Positions 13,094-24,832 of a DNA stretch of 64,000 bases are shown here, piece by piece (within the stretch, counting starts at the first letter, position 1; each line of letters starts with the position of its first letter). Under the pieces are notes generated by a model, which ran no database searches, was not told where the DNA came from, and worked only from the letters and a program-made list of their open reading frames with translations. A program made the position numbers and the translations under genes. This stretch comes from Trichosphaerium sp. ATCC 40318 (Eukaryota; Protista; Tubulinea): contig JALMLS010000064.1 of assembly GCA_038496445.1 (NCBI GenBank), positions 62,001-126,000 on the forward strand, given 5' to 3'.

Positions 13094-14120
13094 ATGACTG
13101 ACGATACTCGCGATTTGCCAATGTCCCTCGGGTACGCATTGAAATGCGGTGTTTAAACCGCCTTCTGCATTAAATCGCCAGTTTCTAACATTACCACCAA
13201 TTAGACTCAAAGTCCCAGAAGAGCTCCTCCGCAATGCTGTTGACACTATCTTCAAGTCTAAGGAGAGAAAGTTTCTAGAATCTGTTGATATTCAGATTCG
13301 TTTGAAGAACTACGACGCTAGCCGCGCCAGGCGTTTCAACGGAAGTTACGTACTTCCTCACACCGCCAGACCAAACCTTCGCGTTTGCATCATCACTGAC
13401 GCCAAAGATTTGGAAACCGCAAAGGCCAACGACCTTCCATGTATCACTATGGATGAGTTGAAAAAGTTCAACAAACAAAAGAAGCCTATCAAAAAGTGGG
13501 GTACGTGCTTCCACCGAGGTTAGGCGGGAGGTTGAACAACAGCCGACCCTGAGAAACCGCCCCTCGCCTAAACACACAAGTGTTCAGTGCATAGGTCGTG
13601 CGTTTTTATCAAAAAAAACCACGTTGGTCGTGTTGTCTCTCCCGCCTCTCTCGCTTTAATTTGCGAATTTGTGGTGGCTAACATGCATTCTTTCTTTATA
13701 GCCAAAAAGTACGATGCTTTCCTCGCCTCTGCTTCTTTGATCCGTATGATTCCTCGTGTTCTCGGACCACTATTGAACAAGATGGGCAAATTCCCAACAC
13801 CTTTGGGTAAAGACGACGACATGGTCAAAAAGGTCGCTGATCTTAAGGCTACCGTCAAATTTCAATTGAAAAAGGAAATGGGTTTGGGTGCCGCCGTAGG
13901 TAACCGCGAAATGACCACAGACCAAATTGTACGTTGTGGTTTTTTTTTTTTTTTTTTCGTGTTTTTGAAGCCTTTAGCACCGTCGCTAACCCTTTGTCTT
14001 TAGATTCAAAACACAGTCCTAACTGTAAACTTTTTGCTTGGTTTGTTGGCCAAGGGATGGCAAAACATTAGATCTGTTAACCTCAAATCTACCATGAGCG
14101 CCCCACAACGTATTTACTAA
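13094..14120 (+). CDS. RPL10A: 60S ribosomal protein L10a (uL1); exons 13094-13131, 13205-13500, 13702-13928, 14004-14120
   Basis: 678-nt spliced frame with [42 protein letters not shown] and KGWQNIRS. Confidence 0.97.
13515..13566 (+). promoter_or_regulatory. intronic uL1-binding rRNA-mimic element (candidate autoregulatory splicing element)
   Basis: TAGGCGGGAGGTT-loop-AGCCGACCCTGAGAAACCGCCC parallels the LSU rRNA L1-stalk H77/H78 sequence. Stems CGAGG/CCTCG, GGCGG/CCGCC and GGTT/AGCC. Confidence 0.8.
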
Positions 14121-14288
14121 TTGTGTGAATCTAATAAACGTTTTCGCCCTTGTACTTTACTACCAATTGCTGCCCCTTTGTCGTTAAAGTAGCTACTTGG
14201 CTTTTTGCAAGAAAAATTGAGTTTTGATCCTTGTAACGAGATCCTTGTAACGAAAAGGTTCTTTATTTGTTGTTGTATAAGTAAGCTA

Positions 14289-17034
14289 TTATCCGTTTAT
14301 TACGCATGCGGTAGGACCGCCAAAGACTTCACAATTGTTTGGTATGGCAGAATTTGATACGCAGGTGTCGGCACCGTTTCCACCATTTATTGCTTGGTTT
14401 CCATCAACCGTGGCGATGCAGTCACTGCCACCTCCTCCGTTTATGCTGGATTGTGCAGTGAAGCGTTCGGCTTGGATGTGATCTCCACCGCCGCCTCCGT
14501 TTAGTCTTATGAAAGTACTATCCCTAGTGACCATGCAGTCATTGCCACCGCCACCTTGAGAAAAAAAACGTATCAGTAATAATGAACAGAGGTAAAGTCG
14601 TAATTGATTGTTTGTACAGGGAGGAGTAACGACCAGTACAAAATTTCAAAAAAACAGTCGAACTGCAAACAAGAGACTTACCACTTATAACACCAGCAAA
14701 GGCATTGTCAACGAGTATATTGTCATTGCCAGAGCCACCATTAATGGTGGTAGGGAGTTCTGTGATACCTGTGCCCACAACGCGGATGCAATCTGGGTCA
14801 GCACCAGTAAGGATTGAGACACCAGTAGACTGCTCAGTGAGTACGATATCTCTACCACCACGCGTTTGGATCTCTCTGTATCTTACATTGGGACCAAGAT
14901 TGATGTAATCTTGACCGTTACCTGCGAAAAAGAAATAATGCATCAGTGGGGGTTAACGCTCGAGTAAAAATCCTTTAAATTTTTTTTTTTTTTTGTAAGA
15001 GGACGTACTGCCATAGTAATCTCCAATTACGGCTTCAGCACCTACGAGAATACAGTTTCTGCCATTGGTGAGTCGCATTAGACCTTCGACCGTTGCGCCA
15101 AAACCAATGGAGAGACACGTGTCACTCACTGTATTTATGATACCTCCTTGTATTACTACACCTGGTTCAATGGCAGTACAACGAGAGCTACTGAGGACAA
15201 GGTTTGCTAAACAGAGCGGATTAGCGGTCATACTAGTTAGAGAGATACACGTCGAAATTAAATTATATTTCAGATATAATTTGAAATTGTGTCTGCGATT
15301 ATTCAGTTGGGACTACGTACATGATCTAGCGCCAAAGCTAAGACAACCTCCTGCTTCCAACTCGCTAATACAAGCTTGACATGGATTAGAACGCACGGAG
15401 CAAGGGTTACTAATTTCTGATAAACCACTGCAAATATTGTCAGCAGGCTCAGTCGGTGTATTTGGGACTGGTGGCGGCGCCGTGGTTGGTGGATCTGTTG
15501 GAGCCTCACTGGTTGGCGATGGCGTGCTTGGTGGATCTGTTGGCGCAACTACGAATACAGTAAATCACACAAGTATGAATACAAACTTGGCAGTACCCGT
15601 TGGTGGTGGTTCTACTATCTCAATCGTAGCGCTTGCTTGTGGTGGCAAGCACGCTTGTGTATTTCCTCTCCTAAGGGCAGAATGTCAAGGTAGATACTCA
15701 GAGGCGAATGAGTTTCAACAAAAATAAAAAACAAGTAAGTTAGCTTACAAAGGCATGTCAAAATCGTGAGAAGCTACAGTTGACATATCCGCTAATGTGG
15801 CCACTGCTTGTGGATCGGTTATCATGCCCGGTGCTTAGGTACACAGTAAGTGGAGGGTTAGGACAAAAGGGTTGCAATAACCAAGTTGTATCAGATTTTA
15901 AATTATAACATACCTATTAGTTCTACCTGGGCCGTACAAGTCTCCGTGCCGTCCGCAGGAATAGTACCGTCGGCACTGAAGGTGTTCGTGGCCATGTCCA
16001 CAGTAAACTAATAGAGTGAGCTATGAACGAGGTGAAGTGGTTTTTCGCACCGAAGTACAGCTTGCCATACTGATTGCGACAAGGTCAGGCATAGTAGGGA
16101 AATCAAAATCCAACGAGGTAAGCGTAACATCACTTGGTGTAAGGTTTTCGCATTCAACAGTAAGAGTGTACATATTACCTAGCAATACAGCCGTTAACTA
16201 GCAAATACAACAATTGTCACGAAAAAAAAAATAAATCCCAAAAAAAAACACGTGCCAACAAAAAAAGGATCGTCCCCAACGAGTGTGTGTCGGCATACTA
16301 CTGGAGTTGTACAACACGTGTGGGATAACTCGATGCTTTCAGCCGTGGCAGTTGGTGAAAACCTTAGTTCTGTTTGTATTTGGACGACAGGCATGGTATT
16401 AGCGATTGGTAGACAAATGTCCTGTGGACCACCTGCTGTTACGCCAAACTCCACTATATCAGCCGCCATAGACAAGTCAGTTCGTGTTGATACTCTTGCA
16501 ACAAGTTCGACACCAGTTGCGCTTGCCACGCTTACGAGCCAGCAACCTACAACGTCGTTAGTTTTTTTTTTCAAAAAAGAAAATTGTTGGCGTCGTACTG
16601 CAACCAAGCGCTGCCAGGTCCACCGCTGGGGCAATAGGTAAAGGATCGGCGCCTCCAAGGTAGAATGCTGTACAAGAGGCCTCTACATTGTTCTCGACGA
16701 GAGTCGCTGTAGCGGTGAAGGAGCCGCCATTAATATCACACATCAGAGTGTTTGAGGCTGGCATGGCACTTGTTAAGAACAGCATACCGTTTAGTGATCG
16801 CTCAACCATGATAGCTTAACCAAAGTTAACCCACAAAGCGTTAAGAGTTCTTGTAAGAGTATGCGCACAAGTCATCATAGTAGCGTCGGTTTCAATGGTG
16901 AAGGGTTGTAACACTGAAGATACAGAGCCGTCCTGTTCATCGGGCATTATCATGTCCATCTGGTCATATACGTCTAGTATGAATTGAGAAGAACACAGGC
17001 CCACTAAAAGGCACACGAGAAATGTTGCGCGCAT
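14289..17034 (-). CDS. secreted protein with beta-rich domains, Pro/Thr linker and RTX-like GGxGxD repeats
   Basis: Signal peptide MRATFLVCLLVGLCSS, a Pro/Thr-rich linker and repeats NGGSGNDNI, NGGGGGDHI, NGGGGSDCI, NGGNGADTC. Confidence 0.75.
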
Positions 17035-17256
17035 GATTTGCTCGTTGTTTTTTGAAGTAATCTTGTATTGTGATAAAGATCACAACGCAATCTCTAATTT
17101 ATCATTGTATCTCGTAACTCCGCGAGGAGCATAAGTTGCTCCTCACAATATGACCATCCTAAGGGAAAAAACGGGAAAACAACAAAGTGTTAAGTCGTTA
17201 CCCAAACTGCAGTTATACTGCATTTAATGCTACAAGGCTGTTGCGATAGCTGGTGA

Positions 17257-19350
17257 ATGTTGCGCGTTGGTGTGAGTTTTAGTACATACACAGCCGGACA
17301 CAACCCAAGCGCCTCGCACTGGCTGCTAACACAAACGCCAAACGTCCATAAACGTGCAGTGAAATGGCAAAAGCGAAATTGTGCACTCAGAGCTGAAAAG
17401 AAAGACTGGGGTTGTTGGACTTTCCGTGCACGCTTTGTAGACCAGGTAGAACTTGATTCGCGTATACAGGTTAAAATAGTGTAGCTTGGTAAAGAATTAC
17501 GCGTATTACAGTTGAAAGACTGGTATTGGATAACTACTGAGCGTGTTTATGCGTCAGGCCATGGCGCTGTACTATCGTGAGTTAATTAAGAGCCTTGGCC
17601 TTCAAATTGTCAGTACAGATTTTAGGCACTATGGGTATTCTGTTTATAATATGGTTGTGGCGCATTACCCATCGTTTGAATGGATGCCGTGGAATTTCAG
17701 TACGTTTTCTGCGTTTACCAATCAAGCAAACTGGCTGGTTAGGGCAAGTGCCTACAGGGTATTGGTTAGAGGCGCAGAATCAATACGATTACTTGGCGCT
17801 GCATGTACATTGCAACAAGTAAAATAGAGGATAGAAGTAACTTGGTTTTTTTTTAAAGGCCAGTAAGAGGCTTGGTGTCAAGTGTTTGGAGGATTGGTAC
17901 AGAGTCACCACGAACGATTTTACTTCGCACGTAAGAGGGTTCAGCATGGTCGCACAGTACGTCGTTATAGAGTGTACCAAAAGGCGATTAAAATCACATT
18001 TTGCGTTAGGTATTACAAATTCTCTGTTATTGACATGCTCAATCACTTATTCCCAGCCTTTGATTGCCAACCTTGGAAATTTAGTACACTCGTTCTATTA
18101 TAGGCACAATGTTAACGAATGGGTTGTGTAGGCAACGTCAATAGGAACTATTGGCAAGTCACTTGGAATGTGATAAACTACATATTATACGTACGACATG
18201 GAACTCTTTTTTTTTTTTTTTGTATCATTGCATAGATCATGAGCTCTCACGAATCATCTATGTCTTAACTAGTCTTCCAGGCCGAACGCGAATTAAACAT
18301 ACGCCATGTAACTGATTGGTATAGCATCGGGCCTAAAAAACTTCACAGTTTACATGGCGGTGGTCTGCTCAACACGTGCGATAGCAACAATTCACAAAAA
18401 AATGTGTTAACCACACTGTGTTTTGACTTTTGGTTTAGGCAATTTGGTGGCTCTCTCGTCCGTCTCCTCGAGTTCGTTTACCCAACAAAACAGTGGATTC
18501 CATGGAGGTTTGGTAAGTTTGCAATTATGCGGTTAAACGGCTTGCTGACAGCACGATATCCTTGCTTTCTCGACTAAATGTATTTAACCTGTCAGTGTTT
18601 GCTAATGCATCGGTAGAGTCAATTCGGAGCGTTTGGAGTGTAGACGAGAATAGACTCTCTTTTTTACGTCACGTGCGTTTTATTACTAAGAGTTTAGTGA
18701 CACCAATAACAAACCAGTTAACAAACGATTCAGTTGGAGTCAAAACTTGATATTTCTCAGATTGACGATTGGTACCACGTGCGGACTCAAACTGTGGTAG
18801 CATTGGGTGGCAAGCATCTTCTCACCGGTTACTTCTCTTCATCTCTTCAGCTGTTTCTAAAATGGGCGTATCCTGACAATGATTGGGTAGCTTGGCGATT
18901 TGGTACGTTCTTTTAAGTCTATACTATTCTCGTTTTGTATGTTAATACCTCTAACTATCACGTATAGATTCTTGTCGCAATAACTACTGGAATGATGCAG
19001 CAAATGTACGCCAGTTTATGAGCTATGCCAGCAAATCGTTGCGGATAGAGGAGCCCCAGGATTGGTATCGCGTTTCCAAACATAAACTGGCTTCTCTTGG
19101 TGCTTCAGGGTTGACCAAAAAATGGGTTGAGAGTGCGTGCTTTGTAATCAGTGGCAATGTAAATTCTCTGGTAACAGTTTGTAGCATTGCAAAAAACGTA
19201 TCCAGATTACACGTGGGATTTGAATAAGCTGCAAGATAGAACGACTAGGACTGTACAAAGGTAGGCAAACACCCACTGCTACATTTTTCTCACATTTTTT
19301 ACTTTAAGGGATTTGCAATACTGCATACACAAAATGCTGCCTTCTACCAA
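17257..19350 (+). CDS. tandem helical-repeat protein (DWY..GG..LL..YP..W..W.F repeats), multi-exon; ends approximate
   Basis: At least five units, e.g. EDWYRVTT...YSQPL, DDWYHVRTQTVVALGGKHLL...AYPDNDWVAWRF and QDWYRVS...TYPDYTWD. Confidence 0.7.
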
Positions 19351-19484
19351 TTGATGATGCAACTGGTGTGTGTTCAAGTGTAAAACAGAAATGAATAAAT
19401 ACTGTAACATAATTTTAAGTGATTTCATTTTTAATTTTTTTATCTCTATGTACATTCTATTTTATGTTTCTGTTTTTGTTGAGA

Positions 19485-21640
19485 TTACACGCCAGTAATT
19501 GACAATGTCGATCTATTGCCGACATTCGTACCAACATGCGCGAATACAGGGTGTGCTTTGACAAGGCACATGGCTGTGCGAAGATCTGGGTTAAAGCACA
19601 AGCAAGTCTCGATCAAGTTTTTAAGTTGTCCTTCCTGCGCACTGCCATTTGTCGGTAATGTTAAAAATGCCATTGGTGGACGCTGCTCATTTCTCATACG
19701 CTTGAACAGTTCTGCTATGTCCTCCGCCGTCAAACAAGATGCAAAAGGCTCAGCCTTGCAATCGTTCCACAGCTCCCATAAAAATAAACCGTAGGCCCTA
19801 TCATCACCATAAGAACAAAAAAAAAAACCAAAAAAAGTTGACAATTACCATGTGTCAACGTTAGGTTTGTAGTTTGGCATCTCGAGCAAAACGAGTTCTG
19901 GCGGAAGTCTACGCAAATCACCGGTATATCCAGTGGTAGTGGTATCTGACCAGTTCTTCTTGGCGCATCCAAAATCGCACAACTTTGCGCGGAGTCTAGA
20001 TTCCTCTTTATTGTGGTACACCTACAAGTAACGTCAAAAATCAAAACAAACTCTGAAGAGATTGGGGCAAAAAAAAAAAAAGAGAAGAGAACGTTGTTAA
20101 CTCACCAACACATTTCGAGCTGCAATATCCGAGTGAATGTATCCTGCCTCATTAACTGCAAGGAGAGCGCCACATACATCCTTGGCAAGTAGTATTTTTT
20201 CGTTAAAGCTGAGGTGCCTCTTGTCCTTTGTTAGATGATCTTTCAGGTTACCCACAGGTAAGAACTCTGTAAGAATCAACTGCTTGGCATAATTGAAGCC
20301 AACCAACTCCACAATCTGCGCAGCTTGCCCATTAGCAGTCCTAACAAGTGATTGTAAACATAAGCTCTCAAAAAACACAAGTATAACCGTACGCTATGCG
20401 TTGTGACGCCATGTGTGCCTCGACCTCGTTTGTAAACTCATCTTGGTTCGTTAACTGCTTCGTTGCTACCTTACGCTTCGGCTGTGACGCAAAGTGTGCT
20501 AAAAACACGACGCAGTGCTCGCCTTTGTAAATTGGATCCTCGATGATGAACTGTGTCATGGTGTCCGGTTGTTGAAGAGCAAGGTCTTGCATGTCTTGAG
20601 TCACTAGCTGTGCCTTGAACTGCTCTTCCATGCCTAGAGCACGCTTTATGCCGTTTATATCAGTTTCGCGGTTGGAGTTCATGTGTGGCGGAAAGCGTTC
20701 GGCGAGTTGAAGCGATACAGCTGGCGCATGTCTCTTCTTTTTTCTCGTGTCAGCTTTTTTGAATTTTCTTATTTGCCTGTTCTTGTATAACGCCACAATT
20801 GCCATTGATATGAATCCAATGACAGCGATCTAACGTTATAGGGTAAGTATTCTACAATGGTAGTAAGATTGAGGCGTACCACGCCCACCACCGCCATCAC
20901 CGCTATTACTGCGTCTTTTGCTCTACTGTACGTCTTGACTGGTCCTGTTGGTCTAGGGAAGGAACACGTTAGTTTTGTTTTCTCGGGGTAATTGAGAGAG
21001 TGTCATCACCACACATTGTGGCAGCTCAGCTACAAAATAACCCAAATGATTAAAAAACTTTCGTACTGTGGTGTTCCTGGTGGCGTGGTAGTATTACTTG
21101 GAGGTGCGCTAGGTGCGACAGTTGGTGTTTCAGTGACAGGTAGTCTGATAGGATAAGCATCTTCTGCTGCACCACGTGGTAGGGTTGTGGCGTTTTTCTG
21201 TGGATCTTCACCACCTGGTGTTTCAGAAATGTAAACGGGTTCTTCTGCTTGGGGTTTTTCTCGTCCATAACGCGAAATCGTTAGCGACGCCAATGGTGGT
21301 TTCTTAGAGGGAGGTAGTGTTTGGCTGTCCTCTGGTTTTATATCAAATGAGGGGCTTTCAGATTGGCAGACCTATTAATCCATTATTAATTTCGCTGGTG
21401 AGGTTCTCCTGCGTTGCGCACCACTATCAGAAGGTTTAAAAGCACCATAAAGAGTGTGAATACAATGCGCATAATTGTATGCGTGGTGCTCACACCTGGA
21501 TGCTGGGCTACGTTTTGTTTGTTTTGGGGTTATTTTACAAATTAGAGTGTACAATCCAAAGTAATTGCCTGAATTAAAGCGTATGTTGCCGTGTACACGA
21601 ACGTGTATACCGCAAAGCGGTGCAGCTACTTGTTGATACA
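19485..21640 (-). CDS. transmembrane receptor-like protein kinase (TK/TKL-like); 5' end uncertain
   Basis: Pro/Thr-rich stalk and TM helix, then VATK, HSDIAARNVL, CDFG, LPPE and DTWAYGLFLWEL. Confidence 0.85.
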
Positions 21641-21769
21641 CTACTTAAAAAACCCGACAAAACCAAACTTAACCCCAAAATTGTTGTCGCATTTATTTTG
21701 TTATAAACTCGTCAATCGTCAACTCCAGGACACACGAGTAAATTGATATTGTGGTGAGGGTTCGCGCTA

Positions 21770-24610
21770 TTAATTGGGTGCGACAATGTCAATGAGTGAT
21801 TGGACCACAGAAGGATCAGCCAGTGTTGATACGTCGCCTTTGTTCCGTCGTTAGATGATATGATAGTGAAATAAAAAAAAGTGTACCAAGCGAATCAGTT
21901 TCATTGCAGGCAATTTTGCGGAGAATTCTTCTCATAATTTTACCGGATCTTGTCTTTGGTAAACCAGGTACAATCACGACCTTGTCTGGTTGGGCGATAG
22001 GACTGATCAGGGAGCGGACCTATAAATAAGTGAGTACTCATGTTATTTATCATGTTTCATGAAACACGTGCATTTAATCTTAGTTGCTTTTCCAGATTCT
22101 CAGTTTGCATCACACCTTCCTTCAAACAACAATAGGCAAACACAGATTGGCCCTTTTGTTTTGGTAAAATGTGAGTTTGTGCGTGATAATAGCCGTTGTT
22201 TAAAATAAATGTACCTTGACTTCATGGGGAACGCCTACAACCGCCGCTTCTGAGCAGGTTTCATGTGCTACTAGAGCACTTTCAATCTCAGCAGTGCCAA
22301 GCCTGTGTCCGGACACATTAAGGACGTCTAAAACGGTTAACCAAACCATGGCAACTATTTGTTACTTGTATGCTTACCATCTACTCTGCCGATGATCCAA
22401 ATATAGCCGTCCTTATCTCTGTGGCATCCATCACCAGAGAAAAAGTAACCTGGGTAAGGATTGAGGTATGTGTTGCAGTAGCGTTCGTGGTTTCCCCAAA
22501 CGGTACGCGTTACAGATGGCCATGGTTCTGCAATTGCCAACACGCCTTTTACATCGTTTCCTTGGAGCTCTTTGCCAGTTTGTGGATCCAGCACGACAGC
22601 TTTGACGCCAAAGAATGGGAAGGTTGCACTACCTGGTTTTTGAGGCGTAGCTCCTATGTGTTGTTAGCGTCTAAATATTGGATGGCCATGTAAAGGAGGA
22701 GCGCACCAGGTAGAGGCGTGATCATGATACCACCGGTTTCAGTTTGCCACCACGTGTCAACTATTGAGCAATTGCCTTTTCCGACTACTTTGTGGTACCA
22801 CTCCCAAGCAGATGGGTTAATTGGCTAGAATAGTACGCATTAACATTTAAACTAGCACATGAACAAACAACACAAAAAAAAATACCTCTCCGACTGTTCC
22901 TAAGACACGTAGGGTAGACAAATCATATTTTTCAACGATGGAGGAATCATATTTCATAAGCGCACGGATGGCAGTTGGTGCGGTGTAGAAAATGTTGATT
23001 TTGTGTCGTTGAACCATGTCCCTAAACAAAGCGCGATGAGATCAACTGCACGTCAAATAGTAGAAGCTGTTTGGGAACGCACCAGTATCTTCCAGGATCA
23101 GGATACAGAGGTGTGCTCTCGAACATGAGTGTGGTAGCACGGTTGGCCAGTGGACCGTAGACAATGTATGAGTGTCCTGTAATCCAACCAATATCCGCAA
23201 CGCAAGCGTACACGTCGCCAGGATGGTAGTCAAACACATATTGATGAGTTGTAGATGCGTACAACAGGTAGCCCGCTTGGGTGTGTACGACACCCCTTTA
23301 CAACTGCATTTAGCTTTCACATACCTTTCTAGTGTATCAACGTACTTTGGTTTGCCTGTAGAACCAGAAGTGTACAAGAGGAAGAGGATATCTTCAGAAT
23401 TCATCTCCTATGCAAAAAAAGTGTGAAAACGAAAAAGAGAGAATAACTAGAACCCACCTCAACTGGACAGTAAGGGCGTTCATCCTTCATGGCTTCGCTG
23501 AGCCAAATGTCCCTTCCCTCTACCCAATTGATGTTGTTGCCAGTGCGTTTTGACACAAAAACAGTCTATGAGTGAACTAAGAACTGGAGCAATGGTAAAG
23601 GTGTCAAACGACTAACCTTTATTGTGGGGCAACTTGCGAGTGCTACATCCACTGTCTTTTTGAGAGGGACTGCTTTATCACCTCGTACGCCTTCGTCGGT
23701 GGTAAATAGGACGGAGCAAGATGCATCATTTATCCTGGTTGCGAATAAGCGATCTGAATGAGCTCATCGAATTCAATCGAAAAAAAAAAAAGACAAATGT
23801 AAGTACCTGTCAGCCAATGCTGTCGCACTAAATCCTGCAAATACTACGCTATGAATTGCGCCAATTCTCGCGCTTTGTGGTGGTAAGTGATTGTACTAGT
23901 CTTTACAAGGCATACCAAGCAAGCATGGCGTAGGCAGCCTCCAAGACCATAGGCATGTAAATGCACACTGTGTCGCCCTTTCCAAGACCGACACGCTTCA
24001 TGGCGTTGGCCACCCGTGAAACGTTCACTGTTGCATACAGTTAGTAAACACACGTGAATTTCAAAAAAATCAAACGTTTGCAAACGTGCTTTGAAGTTCC
24101 TTGTACGTCACTTTTGTAACTTCTGATGGTTTATTGCCCTCCCAAATGATGGCGACCTTACAATTTAAGAAAACTAGCAAGAAAGCCCGGTGACGTACCT
24201 GATCGCCAAATCCTTCCTCTACGTGCCTATCTACGCAATTGTAGCAGACGTTGAGGCGTCCATTGAGGAACCAAGCTACATTACCATCCTTGAAGGTACT
24301 ACGCGCGTCAGTATCTGGTGGGCATAACGTTGACGTGACGTACCCGCTTTTTACTTTATTGTACTCCCTAAACCATGAAATCTTTTTTTTTGCCATCTAC
24401 AGGTGTCAAAACGCGTTGGTAAGCGTTTTCTTGCACCTTATCCCAAAAATTTTCGTTATCATCTTGGCTCTCTTTGTACATGCGCTGGTACTCGCTCCAA
24501 CCATCTACCAGCGATTTGCCCTTAAACCGCTCCGCTACCGGGTAAGTTTTAACCGTGGAGGTGTCTTGCGTTGCCATTTTTCTCCTTTTAGCAGGTCTTT
24601 CAGAGGTCAT
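21770..24610 (-). CDS. ACS: acetyl-CoA synthetase, multi-exon
   Basis: [50 protein letters not shown] and [11 protein letters not shown]. Confidence 0.97.
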
Positions 24611-24832
24611 GCTGTACAAAATTAACGAAGAAGATATTGTATTGTAAAAAGTACGTAATTTCCTCTACTCATGTGTAGACCTGTACAAAGTTGAGCCAAC
24701 AGATACTCATCTCCATTGACACTCGGTAATGTTACGTGGCCAATCAAATGAGCATGATCAAACTTTTTAACTTGTGATTCACTAGTGTAACGCAAAAATA
24801 TGCGTTTAAAATTGTTTTATTGTACAGTTCCT

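Noticed and set aside
13515-13566. An rRNA gene fragment or contamination rather than a regulatory mimic
   Set aside because: Similarity is limited to the uL1-binding core, shows compensatory changes and sits in the uL1 gene itself.
15671-15748. U12 intron suggested by a CCTTGAC branch-like motif
   Set aside because: The donor is GTAAGC, a U2 type.
18556-18564. ATATCCTTG as an AT-AC U12 donor
   Set aside because: It lies inside an ordinary GTAAGT...AG intron with no matching U12 branch or AC acceptor.
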